Virus record (IMG/VR): IMGVR_UViG_3300026196_000016
Coordinates: 1-39,178 of that record
Direction: 5' to 3' (one strand)
Length of the DNA: 39,178 bases
Source: a virus
Taxonomy: Duplodnaviria > Caudoviricetes
Shown: one piece after another, positions 1 to 8,648 of the stretch
How positions within the stretch are numbered: position 1 is the first letter of the stretch
Layout: each line of letters starts with the position of its first letter
The notes under the pieces: generated by a model
Told to the model about the DNA's origin: nothing
The model's database searches: none
Seen by the model: the letters and a program-made list of their open reading frames with translations, nothing else
Made by a program: the position numbers and the translations under genes

Positions 1-147
1 CTATCGCCGCGCCCACTGCCACAATCGGACCGATCGCCGCCATCATCGCCGTTCCCAGCGTTCCCGTTGTGACCGCCGCTGTACCTTCTGCCGCCGATGC
101 GATTCCAAGAGCACCGGAAAATAAGCCCCACAATCCCGTCGCCACAC
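1..147. repeat. Terminal direct repeat (circular assembly overlap), copy 1
   Basis: 1-147 matches 39032-39178 except one position (127 C vs 39158 T); the tape-measure ORF continues in frame across the junction. Confidence 0.95.
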
Positions 148-1372
148 TGACAAGTCCACTTACCAGACTCACAGCCGTTCCGACTGCACTGATCACCGGA
201 CCTAATATCACCGCCGCGCCCGCCATCAATACCAGTTGATTTGTAAGTTCTGGATTTTGTTGCATCCATGCCAGCACACCATCTAATGCCGGGAGCAAGG
301 CATTGTCAATTAATGAGATAATCACCGGCGTCAACTGATCGCCAACCGTGATTGCTGTCTGTTGCAATTTTGATCCCAATAAATTCCATGACGACGTTTG
401 CCCCTGAATCGCTACTGCTGCATCTGTCGCTCCTGTAATTCCCACCTGGAATTTCTCGTTAAATGCCGTGAATCCTTCAGTTGATAGAGCCGTTGCACCC
501 TGTAACGCCTCTTGACTGGTGATCAATCCGGCGAAGGTCCCGTTATTATATTGTTTTAAGGCATCATAGGACCCGGCAAGTCCCAGAGAGTTGATCATAG
601 CTTCACCGGTATCATAACCCAGTGCATTAATCGCCTTCTGCACATCGGCAGTAGGATTGAGCAGACTTGTCATCATTGATTTCAAGAAGGTCGCACTCTG
701 TGATGCACTGAATCCCTGCGTTGTCAGATAAGCCATTTGTCCGCCAACCGCCTCAATCCCGATACCAAGGCTAGATGCCAGTCCGGTTACTTGCGGCATT
801 GCAGACGCCAGATCATCCATCGTCAACACGCCCATACCAACCGTTCGTGTGAACACATCGGATACATGCGCCGCATCATCGGCAGAGAATTTATAACTGT
901 TCATCGTCGAAATAAGAGCCGATGTTGTAGCGGTTAAATCGGCTTGCCCCGCGTCAGCCGTCCTTACCGCCGCGTCTAGAATCGCCATATGTGTACTGGC
1001 ATCAGACACACCGGATACAATACTATAAAACGCATCGGCTACCGCTTGCGGTCCCTGTCGTGTACTGCCGCCATATTCAAGTAATTTTTGGCGTAGATCA
1101 TCCGCCGCTGTGCCGGTGATACCTAAAATCGCATCGATGTTCGCCATCGATGAATTGAAGTTCTTGGACGCATTGACCGCTATTGCTAACCCTGCCGCGA
1201 TCGGCACCGTTGCCACCGTCATCTTATTGCCGAAATTGGAAATATTCTGACCTGCCGCTTTGAGGTTAGAACTAAAGCTCTTTGTGTCGCTTTTCGCTTT
1301 ATTCATGCCGTCCTTGAAACTCTTGTCATCAAGTTTCAACAGAGCTAGCAATTCACTAACGACTGTTGCCAT
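1..1372 (-). CDS. Tail tape measure protein, N-terminal part (continues at 39031-38595; about 602 aa in total)
   Basis: Not in the ORF track because it runs off the edge. ATG at 1372 reads MATVVSELLALLKLDDKSFKDGMNKAK..., Ala/Gly/Thr-rich with a TP901-type core (ADDAAHVSDVF, DLASAMPQV). 1372+437 nt = 603 codons. Follows the tail chaperone. Confidence 0.92.
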   Translation of the reverse strand, partial: MATVVSELLALLKLDDKSFKDGMNKAKSDTKSFSSNLKAAGQNISNFGNKMTVATVPIAAGLAIAVNASKNFNSSMANIDAILGITGTAADDLRQKLLEYGGSTRQGPQAVADAFYSIVSGVSDASTHMAILDAAVRTADAGQADLTATTSALISTMNSYKFSADDAAHVSDVFTRTVGMGVLTMDDLASAMPQVTGLASSLGIGIEAVGGQMAYLTTQGFSASQSATFLKSMMTSLLNPTADVQKAINALGYDTGEAMINSLGLAGSYDALKQYNNGTFAGLITSQEALQGATALSTEGFTAFNEKFQVGITGATDAAVAIQGQTSSWNLLGSKLQQTAITVGDQLTPVIISLIDNALLPALDGVLAWMQQNPELTNQLVLMAGAAVILGPVISAVGTAVSLVSGLVSVATGLWGLFSGALGIASAAEGTAAVTTGTLGTAMMAAIGPIVAVGAAI

Positions 1373-1374
1373 GA

Positions 1375-1623
1375 TTACCGCCTAAATAATTTCGCTAATT
1401 CCACCGCAATCAATTTCGCCTGTCCTTGTGCATCCGCGTACTTTTGCACCTGTGCTAATTCCAATATGTCCATCGCGTCAAATAGATTCATGTCTTCGAT
1501 TTGTTCGGGTGGTATTCCGAGCATCAACAGCTTGACAAAATGGATTCGCTCAATCTCGCCACTGTCAAAATTGACGAATCCCGGTGTATCTAATGATTCG
1601 CGGTACCACCCCGCAAGTTTTTT
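1375..1623 (-). CDS. -1 frameshift extension of the tail assembly chaperone (gpGT-like)
   Basis: The -1 frame after the slippery heptamer A AAA AAC (1623-1617) is open for about 81 codons (KLAGWYRESLDTPGF...AKLFRR) to TAA at 1375-1377, 2 nt before the tape-measure ATG. Confidence 0.85.
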   Translation of the reverse strand, partial: KKLAGWYRESLDTPGFVNFDSGEIERIHFVKLLMLGIPPEQIEDMNLFDAMDILELAQVQKYADAQGQAKLIAVELAKLFRR

Positions 1624-2021
1624 GAGTCGTTCGCCCGTGCCAGTGTCACACCCTGCACCAGATCGCTTGTATGGATGTCGAGCACATAATCCAGCAGGTT
1701 TTCAGGATTACTCCAGTCGATTTCCGCCGGTGCATCCGCCGTCAACCATTCACGCGGGATGTCCTGAATCACCATTGCCAGCAAGACATTGCGTTCATCG
1801 ATCAATTCGTTGATCCGACTGCCCGCCTCCATCCGCCCAACTCGTAAAGTCGCCTGTTCATCTTCCGTCAGATCATCACGTTCGGGAGCCGTCGCCACCG
1901 TTACCGCTTGCTGTAGTTCAGCGTCAATCTTGAACCACCGGCTACCCCACCGTCGCGATACCTGCGAAAAGTCGCAAACGACTTCCGGCGAAACTTCCAT
2001 CGTCTTTCCATTTTTAGACAT
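1590..2021 (-). CDS. Tail assembly chaperone (gpG-like)
   Basis: Lies between major tail and tape measure genes with a slippery site near its 3' end; ATG 2021 (MSKNGK) is the likelier start than 2051. Confidence 0.8.
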   Translation of the reverse strand: MSKNGKTMEVSPEVVCDFSQVSRRWGSRWFKIDAELQQAVTVATAPERDDLTEDEQATLRVGRMEAGSRINELIDERNVLLAMVIQDIPREWLTADAPAEIDWSNPENLLDYVLDIHTSDLVQGVTLARANDSKNLRGGTANH

Positions 2022-2048
2022 CTCGTCATAAGCACCTTTCTCTAGACC
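2021..2048. other. dif/lox-like 28-bp site
   Basis: TCTCGTCATAA GCACCT TTCTCTAGACC. Confidence 0.6.
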
Positions 2049-2067
2049 CAATTAATTCCCGTGATGG

Positions 2068-2490
2068 CTAGAATGTATCGCCATCGACCGGACGTGCTGT
2101 CGGAGTATCGCTCGCCATGAATGTTACCTCGAACTTTTGCAGAGGTTTTTGAATACCTGCATTCGGTCCGCTGATTGCGCTCACGCGCATATTGCAAGCA
2201 AATTTCGGTTCGCCGGTGGCATTGCCACTCGGACCGTAAATCACCGCGAATTCATCACCCGGCTTGATCTTTGCCATCGCCGTCGTCCGCGTTGCATCAT
2301 CATGCACCAGTCCCAGTTTAAGCGTATAGTCGTTTAAACCGGATAGCCGCTGTTTGGTCGCTTGACCGGCTCCCGCTGTCGATTCCACCAGATCATTTGT
2401 CTGATCGAATACAATTTCATCGGTATAGATAGCCGATACATCCAAGCCACCCAGGCTTAAAAATACGTCGTTCGTGTTAATTGAAGTCAC
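2068..2490 (-). CDS. Major tail (tube) protein
   Basis: 140 aa, beta-rich, with an ESTAGAG...RLSGLND segment typical of tail tube proteins; synteny. Confidence 0.75.
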   Translation of the reverse strand: MTSINTNDVFLSLGGLDVSAIYTDEIVFDQTNDLVESTAGAGQATKQRLSGLNDYTLKLGLVHDDATRTTAMAKIKPGDEFAVIYGPSGNATGEPKFACNMRVSAISGPNAGIQKPLQKFEVTFMASDTPTARPVDGDTF

Positions 2491-2956
2491 TTTTATCCTC
2501 CATGCGAATCATAAACTCATAGCCGTACTCGAAATATTTGATGCCATATTCCTTATTAGGTTCAATGCGGATCGCCCGCCCTGCCGTTACCGTTGTGAAT
2601 GTCCACTCGCTATGTGTGCCGATGCTCCTGTAATCCGCGTCGGTTGACGCCAGATTCCCGCGTCGGTCCTGTGACCCGCTTTCGTTCAACAGGTCGTAAA
2701 TCCGCGAGCTTGCCCGTTCACACCATTCCCCGTCAGCACTAATCGCCTGCACCTTGACCGTAAGCACACGATTTGAGCGGTTCCCGCGTTGCGCTCCATC
2801 CTCATCACTGCCTATGCGGATCACCACCCAGCCCGACGCCCGATCGAAGATATTCGATGGTGCGAATTTGCTGTAGACGTGTGTTCCCCACTTATCACCG
2901 CGTAAGGTGTTACTCATCACAAATAAAGCCGCGTCAGGAGCTTGATACGTCGTCAT
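2477..2956 (-). CDS. Tail terminator / tail completion protein
   Basis: Synteny and size (159 aa). Confidence 0.6.
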   Translation of the reverse strand: MTTYQAPDAALFVMSNTLRGDKWGTHVYSKFAPSNIFDRASGWVVIRIGSDEDGAQRGNRSNRVLTVKVQAISADGEWCERASSRIYDLLNESGSQDRRGNLASTDADYRSIGTHSEWTFTTVTAGRAIRIEPNKEYGIKYFEYGYEFMIRMEDKSDFN

Positions 2957-3360
2957 AGCGTAAGATACGCTTTCGCCATACCCGGAAACTCATTTTTGAG
3001 TTGATCAAATGCCGGTTGGATAAACGGACGATTTTTCATCGTGCTATCTTCTAGCTCCAGCCCGTATTCCATCCCGAAGATTTTGCGCGTCGATTGTCCC
3101 GCCTCTTCCCATCGGAGCGAATTGCTTAATGCTCCCGTGTCAATATTCGGCGGATAACCCGGCTGGCTGGCGGTATGTGTCCGTGTCCCGCGTTGATGTA
3201 TACGTCCCGCCGGACTCGTATTGAACGATGTTTTCATGATCGTGATCGCCCGTTCTGCCCCGGCGGATAACAACCGTCCCGCTTTAATCGGTTCCTCACG
3301 TAACACACGATCATAGCCGCTCAAATCTACCGTGATTTCGATTCCGCTACTCATTATCAT
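2953..3360 (-). CDS. HK97 gp10-like neck protein
   Basis: HTASQPGYPPNIDTGALSNS, YGLELE and RPFIQPAF motifs. Confidence 0.8.
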   Translation of the reverse strand: MIMSSGIEITVDLSGYDRVLREEPIKAGRLLSAGAERAITIMKTSFNTSPAGRIHQRGTRTHTASQPGYPPNIDTGALSNSLRWEEAGQSTRKIFGMEYGLELEDSTMKNRPFIQPAFDQLKNEFPGMAKAYLTL

Positions 3361-3733
3361 TACCTCGAATGCGCTTGACTGTTACCTGTAAATCCGCCGC
3401 GTCCGTGCGATCATCGGTCATATCGACTACCTGATATTTTCTATCGCCTACCGTAATCCGATAATCCTGCTCCACCGTCGTTCCAACTGCGAATATAATG
3501 CGGTACATATCCACCATCGCATCGGCTTGACCTACTTCCATCCAACTTTCAGTGCGCCTACTCCGTGCGTCAATCACCCGGCAGGCTACGCCCGTGTCAA
3601 CTAGCGTGTAGGCGTTTTCAACGGGAGCACCTAAACGATCAATCGCGTTAATATCACGCTTTTCAATCGTCGCTGTCTCCGTCAGGAATGTAGCAAGACG
3701 CCGCTGAATTGCCGTCAGATACCGACTGCTCAT
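3347..3733 (-). CDS. Head closure / head-tail adaptor
   Basis: Synteny; C-terminal DYRITVGDRKYQVV pattern of head-closure proteins. Confidence 0.7.
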   Translation of the reverse strand: MSSRYLTAIQRRLATFLTETATIEKRDINAIDRLGAPVENAYTLVDTGVACRVIDARSRRTESWMEVGQADAMVDMYRIIFAVGTTVEQDYRITVGDRKYQVVDMTDDRTDAADLQVTVKRIRGNDNE

Positions 3734-3755
3734 AATAAACCACTTTATCTAGACC
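3728..3755. other. dif/lox-like 28-bp site
   Basis: GCTCATAATAA ACCACT TTATCTAGACC. Confidence 0.65.
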
Positions 3756-3778
3756 AATTGATAAATTGTTTTTTGCGC

Positions 3779-4183
3779 CTAATACAGCGTGTCACCATCG
3801 TATAGCGCGTCATAATCCGGTAAATCATAGTCAGGTGTTGCATGTTGTGCCGAATCGTTTCTATACCGGTTGACGACGCCGCTTGTCACCCGCGAGATGC
3901 CGAATTCGTTGAGTTTCTCGTTCAGAAGCTTTTCGAGTCCTGCCACAGCCCGCGAGCTGTCAACCTGTAACCAGTCTGCTTTAAAATCCGGTTCACTTGA
4001 TAATTCGGCTATCTTGCCTCGTAACAGGCTAATAACCGCCGCTTTCACTGTGCTCTGATCCGCTAAGACCATCGCTATTTCTTCATCGGTGAAGATCGCC
4101 GATGCTTCCACCGTATCACGGATGTGATAGCGGATTAGCGTTGTATCGCTTGGTGTCGCCGATGGTGAGTAAGTAAATGTCAT
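3779..4183 (-). CDS. Head-tail connector protein
   Basis: MTFTY...IRYHIRDT...FTDEEI N-terminal pattern; synteny. Confidence 0.7.
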   Translation of the reverse strand: MTFTYSPSATPSDTTLIRYHIRDTVEASAIFTDEEIAMVLADQSTVKAAVISLLRGKIAELSSEPDFKADWLQVDSSRAVAGLEKLLNEKLNEFGISRVTSGVVNRYRNDSAQHATPDYDLPDYDALYDGDTLY

Positions 4184-4186
4184 CGT

Positions 4187-4651
4187 CTACTTCTTTAACC
4201 AGAACGTCCGCAAAAACAGATCACTCGTTGCCGTATAGGTTGGCGTTCCATCGCAAACCAGATACCCGTACAGCTTCCCGGACGGAATCCCGAAGACATC
4301 GTTACTACCGTCTGCCTCTGCATATGCGTTACCGTTGATCGTCACATAGGTATCGATCGCAATTGGCGCACATACCATCTTTTTCAAATCAGCCACCAAT
4401 AAGGCGGTTGCAAATGCACCATTATCAGCAATCGTCGTTGGCACATCATCGAATAAATACAGCTTCATATTCGCCTTTTCGTTGTCGTCATCGATCAATA
4501 AGACGCGATCAAGCAGTAAACCGCCCTCGATAAGATGATTCGGTGTAAATGTCAACAATCCACCGACAACATCACTGGCGGAGTACGCCCCGGCTGTAAT
4601 CAGCAACGTTTTATCAATCGTCTGGAATGTATTACTCATCTGCTTCTCCAT
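4187..4651 (-). CDS. Hypothetical virion-associated protein
   Basis: 154-aa ORF in the head operon, beta-rich composition. Confidence 0.5.
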   Translation of the reverse strand: MEKQMSNTFQTIDKTLLITAGAYSASDVVGGLLTFTPNHLIEGGLLLDRVLLIDDDNEKANMKLYLFDDVPTTIADNGAFATALLVADLKKMVCAPIAIDTYVTINGNAYAEADGSNDVFGIPSGKLYGYLVCDGTPTYTATSDLFLRTFWLKK

Positions 4652-4688
4652 TCAAAAATGGGGTATATCTTACATACCCCATTTTTGA
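4652..4688. terminator. Intergenic hairpin (possible terminator or processing site)
   Basis: TCAAAAATGGGGTAT-ATCTTAC-ATACCCCATTTTTGA, a perfect 15-bp stem. Confidence 0.55.
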
Positions 4689-5612
4689 TTAGGTTGATAG
4701 GGCGGTTGGAACGATGGTTCCAGATTCGTCGACAGCATTGACCACATAGTTTTCTGTGTTCAATGTTGCGCCCGGATCGAACGCCGTTTCCGGTGCCGTC
4801 GCATACAGCGTAAACGCCTGATTACCTGCCGTAATGCCGGTTGTATCGTCGTGATGATCGAGAGTTAATCCGGCTGTTGTATCCAGATTCTCAATCAGGT
4901 TGTTCAACACAGCCGCATTCGTGGACGCCGCGCTGGTTCCAGCGTTGCCGCTGATCGTCGCCGTTGTGTAGTCGCCACGAAATTCGCAATTACGAATCGT
5001 ACAATCGACTGTCGCATCAATACGAATCGCGTTATTGGTTCCCGCTGTTGCATTCGCAATGAACCGGCAATTTTCAACCACTACCCGTGTTGCTGCGTCA
5101 ATATCCAACATTTGCAGGAATTCGAGAATCGCGCTTCCTACCTCGAAATCACACCCGCGCAAAGTAACGTCATTGGCGGTAATGGTGACACCGCTCACGA
5201 TGTTAGCCACTGCTCCAAGGAACACCAGCCCGCTAACAAGGATATTCGCCGCGCTAATCGGGATTCGGCTTGCGGTTGCGCTGAAACTCAACACCGGGCG
5301 ATTGCGTCCGTGTCCCAAGCCGATAATACTGATACCCGCCACATCCAACACAAGCGACGTAGCCGCGCTGATTGTCTCTGCGTGTCCCGGCATGACAATA
5401 ATCACATCACCTTGACTGGCAGTACACAGATTGACCGCCTGATCAATCGTTGCTTTCGGGCGTGATGGCTCTTTACCATCGTAGCCATTGCTTCCCGTGC
5501 TACTATGTACGAAATACACGTCTCCCGTTGTTGTCGGAATGCCATTGCCGGGTAAAACCGGCAGTCCAAACGAACTCACGCCATTCGGGTATGCTGTAAG
5601 TTTTGTCATCAT
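4689..5612 (-). CDS. Right-handed beta-helix (pectin-lyase-like) protein, possible head fibre
   Basis: YFVHSSTGSNGYDG...PKATIDQAV...GDVIIVMPG cap followed by VTLRGCDF, VVENCRF and CTIRNCEF rungs; directly after the capsid gene. Confidence 0.75.
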   Translation of the reverse strand: MMTKLTAYPNGVSSFGLPVLPGNGIPTTTGDVYFVHSSTGSNGYDGKEPSRPKATIDQAVNLCTASQGDVIIVMPGHAETISAATSLVLDVAGISIIGLGHGRNRPVLSFSATASRIPISAANILVSGLVFLGAVANIVSGVTITANDVTLRGCDFEVGSAILEFLQMLDIDAATRVVVENCRFIANATAGTNNAIRIDATVDCTIRNCEFRGDYTTATISGNAGTSAASTNAAVLNNLIENLDTTAGLTLDHHDDTTGITAGNQAFTLYATAPETAFDPGATLNTENYVVNAVDESGTIVPTALST

Positions 5613-5631
5613 AAATACCTTTCTCTAGACC
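5604..5631. other. dif/lox-like 28-bp site
   Basis: TGTCATCATAA ATACCT TTCTCTAGACC. Confidence 0.6.
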
Positions 5632-5693
5632 TCTCTAATTGTCGGAATTTACCCCTCCCCAACCGGGGGAAGGATCAATTGTGAAGACAATTA

Positions 5694-6605
5694 TTAGGTG
5701 GCGTGTCCGTAAATCCAACGCCAATCAGTATATCCGTAGGAATACCGCATATAGGTTGGATAGACGATCTCGACTTGGTTCATCCGCATTTTTTCAGTCT
5801 CAATGCGGAACGGAACGCGATCAAACCAGAACAAGGACTGACGCATGGCGACACTATCCGCCATGAACCAGTTATCCGAGTCGCTTAAATACAGCCATGG
5901 AATCACACGGAAGCGTCCCGCTTGCGGATTGATGGCATTGTTTCCCGTGTCCGGGTCCTGAATCGACCGGGTGATTTCCAGTGCATCATCTTCCAGCGCT
6001 GGCGGAACAATCAGCGTATCCGGGATGATGTTGATTTTGTTGCCTGCGTCATCCGTATACGCCATCATCAAGACACGTGTATCTTTCACCGCGTCCTTGG
6101 ATAATGCGGTTGTTCCACTGTTACTGAAGGTTGTTCCGGTGTCGTCAGGGCTTGCCGGATGAGCACCGTCACATAAGGATTGACCGTCGATCCCCGCGAA
6201 ATTGGTGGCATCAAACGCATTGTTGAAGACGCTTGACGCATCACTTTCCATCAACACCTGTGCGGCTGATCCCAGATTTTCGGCACGATTGCGAATCACG
6301 CCATAAGCATCATCATCGATCAGTGACCGCTCTACCACAAAATCCGCCGGATATTCGACGTGTGTAAAGCGTGTTACATAACCTTTGTTGAATTCCAGCT
6401 TGCCGATGGTGCCGTTTTTGCTATATTGCCGGAATGGTTCTGGATTGGTTCCGCCCATGCCGACAAATTCTTCCCACGCCTGCTCCGATGATTGTACGTT
6501 GAACAGCATTTGACGCATCGGTGGACGCATGTTGAATCCAACATCAAAAAAGCGTTCGATTCCCGGTACTAGAGCCTCTGCAAATTGATCTGAAATAACT
6601 GGCAT
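5694..6605 (-). CDS. Major capsid protein (HK97 fold, Mu gpT-like)
   Basis: LIDDD, LIVPPALE, PWL.D.DNWF and YGYTDWR motifs; follows scaffold and decoration genes. Confidence 0.88.
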   Translation of the reverse strand: MPVISDQFAEALVPGIERFFDVGFNMRPPMRQMLFNVQSSEQAWEEFVGMGGTNPEPFRQYSKNGTIGKLEFNKGYVTRFTHVEYPADFVVERSLIDDDAYGVIRNRAENLGSAAQVLMESDASSVFNNAFDATNFAGIDGQSLCDGAHPASPDDTGTTFSNSGTTALSKDAVKDTRVLMMAYTDDAGNKINIIPDTLIVPPALEDDALEITRSIQDPDTGNNAINPQAGRFRVIPWLYLSDSDNWFMADSVAMRQSLFWFDRVPFRIETEKMRMNQVEIVYPTYMRYSYGYTDWRWIYGHAT

Positions 6606-6616
6606 GATTGAGTCTC

Positions 6617-7066
6617 CTATACCCAGGCTTGCTCAGCCGGAACGAATCGAACAAGTGTACGTTCATCCGCGCCTAAACCGCCGCAGACATACACATCATG
6701 GTTGCTGTCAGTTGCGACCGTCATTTGTCCTGTTGTGCCGGTAATATCGAGCTGTGCGCCGATAGCCCGGGCATTCGGGTCATAGACTGACCACACTGCG
6801 TCAGGATTGACAATCACTCGAATTTGCGTTGTGGAATCGGTTCCCGCGACAGTTTCAGCCGCTACACCGATAAACGCCGTGTCATCGGTAGCCGCTAAAT
6901 CGACCTCACCCGATTCCAGATTCAGAACATCACCCTTTGTCAGAGTTTCCGTGTCCTTGAAATAGAAATCTTTGTAGATGGGGGCGGCGTTAGGTCCACC
7001 GTAGAAAGTCCCGGCGAATTTGAAGCCAAGACCGGTATCAAGATTAGTCATTGCGACTCTCTCCAT
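6617..7066 (-). CDS. Capsid decoration / cement protein
   Basis: Small acidic beta protein (KGDVL, FIGVAAE) between scaffold and capsid genes. Confidence 0.6.
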   Translation of the reverse strand: MERVAMTNLDTGLGFKFAGTFYGGPNAAPIYKDFYFKDTETLTKGDVLNLESGEVDLAATDDTAFIGVAAETVAGTDSTTQIRVIVNPDAVWSVYDPNARAIGAQLDITGTTGQMTVATDSNHDVYVCGGLGADERTLVRFVPAEQAWV

Positions 7067-7146
7067 AGCTATGATTTACACAATGACATCCCGTCAATTA
7101 AGCCCTGGGGCTTACTCTGTCTTACGTGGTTGGGCATCTCGCCCGT

Positions 7147-7848
7147 TCAGGAGGGTGTTTTTCCTGCTATTTTTTGTTTCTGCTCCAGATATTCCGCTTC
7201 CGTCATCTTCATCTTTTTGGCGATGATCTTTTCTTCATCGGTCAACTTTGGAGCATTGCCACTGCCACCATTGACACCCGGATCAAGGTTCGGAGCCGGC
7301 TGCCTGGTGAGAATTGCCATATTTTTTGCTAGATATTCCGCTAATGCCTCCGGTGCGAGATTCGATGGTATCAGCGAGCGCATATGTTCCGGCACCAGTG
7401 CGATTTGTGCCTCGTTATTGGTGCGAATGATCGCCTCAACATTATCGAGCCGCGCCGCTTTCGCCTGTGCTTCCGCCAACTTTTTTGCGGTTTCATCGGC
7501 AATCGCTTTAAAATTGCCTTCTGCCGCCAGCTTTTCCATGAGTGTCTTTTGCTCAGCCTCTCGCTCCTGCTTCAGACGCTCAATCTCATGGCGACGACTC
7601 GCACTCTCATTGTTCAATTCTTTGATTCGTCTATCGCGTTCCTCGATATATGCACGTATCTCAGACGATAGACCACTTAAATCAATCGCGCCATTGCTGT
7701 CATTAGCTGGCGGATCACCGGCAGGATCACTATCATCAAACCAAAAACGCCGCTTCGCCAGATAAGCGACTGGCTCCCGACGATGCAGACTCACGGTTTT
7801 TCGAATGCGCCCTTGTTGCTGCATTGGCGTCTCGCCTTCTTTCCTCAC
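7147..7848 (-). CDS. Capsid scaffolding protein
   Basis: Coiled-coil with ELNNESASRR, Pro/Gly linker and C-terminal LTDEEK..AKKMKMTEAEY. Confidence 0.8.
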   Translation of the reverse strand: MRKEGETPMQQQGRIRKTVSLHRREPVAYLAKRRFWFDDSDPAGDPPANDSNGAIDLSGLSSEIRAYIEERDRRIKELNNESASRRHEIERLKQEREAEQKTLMEKLAAEGNFKAIADETAKKLAEAQAKAARLDNVEAIIRTNNEAQIALVPEHMRSLIPSNLAPEALAEYLAKNMAILTRQPAPNLDPGVNGGSGNAPKLTDEEKIIAKKMKMTEAEYLEQKQKIAGKTPS

Positions 7849-7884
7849 GAAATTAACTATCTCTCTACAATCTAAATCATCTCC

Positions 7885-7912
7885 TCTCTAAATAACGAAC
7901 TTTATATAGAGA
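7885..7912. other. dif/lox-like 28-bp site
   Basis: TCTCTAAATAA CGAACT TTATATAGAGA. Confidence 0.7.
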
Positions 7913-8098
7913 AGTCCGATAAATTCTCTCATTTTCTAGGATTGAACGGAATAGAAGCGGGCTAAATATGGGGTATAATATCCTCATCAAATCAGGGAGA
8001 AAACCACATGGGGAACTATACACAACGATTACAAAATGAGATCGACCATTTGAGACATCTTCAATACAAAAATGAAAAAGACTTCCCACAAAGAATAA

Positions 8099-8392
8099 TT
8101 GAGGATTAGTCACATGACGAAAATCACCGAAATAGACATTCATGTTCCGGGACTCGAACAATTCGGAGATTTAGTTCAAATCAATCGACAAATTACGGTA
8201 AATGGTCAAAAACCATCATATGATACATGGCTTTTAAAACGTGATGACATACCTAAAAGTCTTGCGTTTGTACGTGCTGGATATAAAGTATATGCCCATC
8301 TTAATTTCCAGTGGCAAATATCAATCAATGGCGTTGCCTTAATGCAATCTAAAGGATGGCAAGATGTCCCGGAATTCAAGCCCCGCGCATAA
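8099..8392 (+). CDS. Hypothetical protein, moron-like (opposite strand within head operon)
   Basis: 97-aa AT-rich ORF; likely ATG 8114 after GAGGA. Confidence 0.55.
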   Translation: MRISHMTKITEIDIHVPGLEQFGDLVQINRQITVNGQKPSYDTWLLKRDDIPKSLAFVRAGYKVYAHLNFQWQISINGVALMQSKGWQDVPEFKPRA

Positions 8393-8394
8393 CC

Positions 8395-8419
8395 AAAAAC
8401 ACCCCATTTTCAGGGGTGC
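8395..8419 (-). terminator. Rho-independent terminator downstream of the tRNA
   Basis: Minus strand CACCCC-TGAAAAT-GGGGTG-TTTTT; an identical copy lies at 10506-10529. Confidence 0.7.
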
Positions 8420-8474
8420 CTTGGGTCTGCTTTTGCAGACTAAAGCCTTTTATATATTATATATTATAGGCATG

Positions 8475-8548
8475 TGCCACCGGAAGGACTCGAACCCTCA
8501 CCTATTCGATCTAAGGTCGAATCGCTCTGACCTTTGAGCTACTATGGC
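8475..8548 (-). tRNA. Atypical tRNA, anticodon UUA (ochre-suppressor-like or pseudo-tRNA)
   Basis: GCCATAG TA GCTC-AAAGGTCA-GAGC G ATTCGA-CCTTAGA-TCGAAT AGGT GAGGG-TTCGAGT-CCTTC CGGTGGC A folds as a cloverleaf; one acceptor mismatch, no encoded CCA. Confidence 0.8.
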
Positions 8549-8648
8549 ATGATCTCCACCCGTTGCTGTCCCGCTACAAGACATGGATGGAGTCTGAATC
8601 AACTTATTCGGTATATAAATAGTACCCCTGCCCCTCACAAATAACGAA

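Noticed and set aside
1-147. Biological terminal repeat or LTR
   Set aside because: It falls mid-gene in the tape measure; best explained as a circular assembly overlap.
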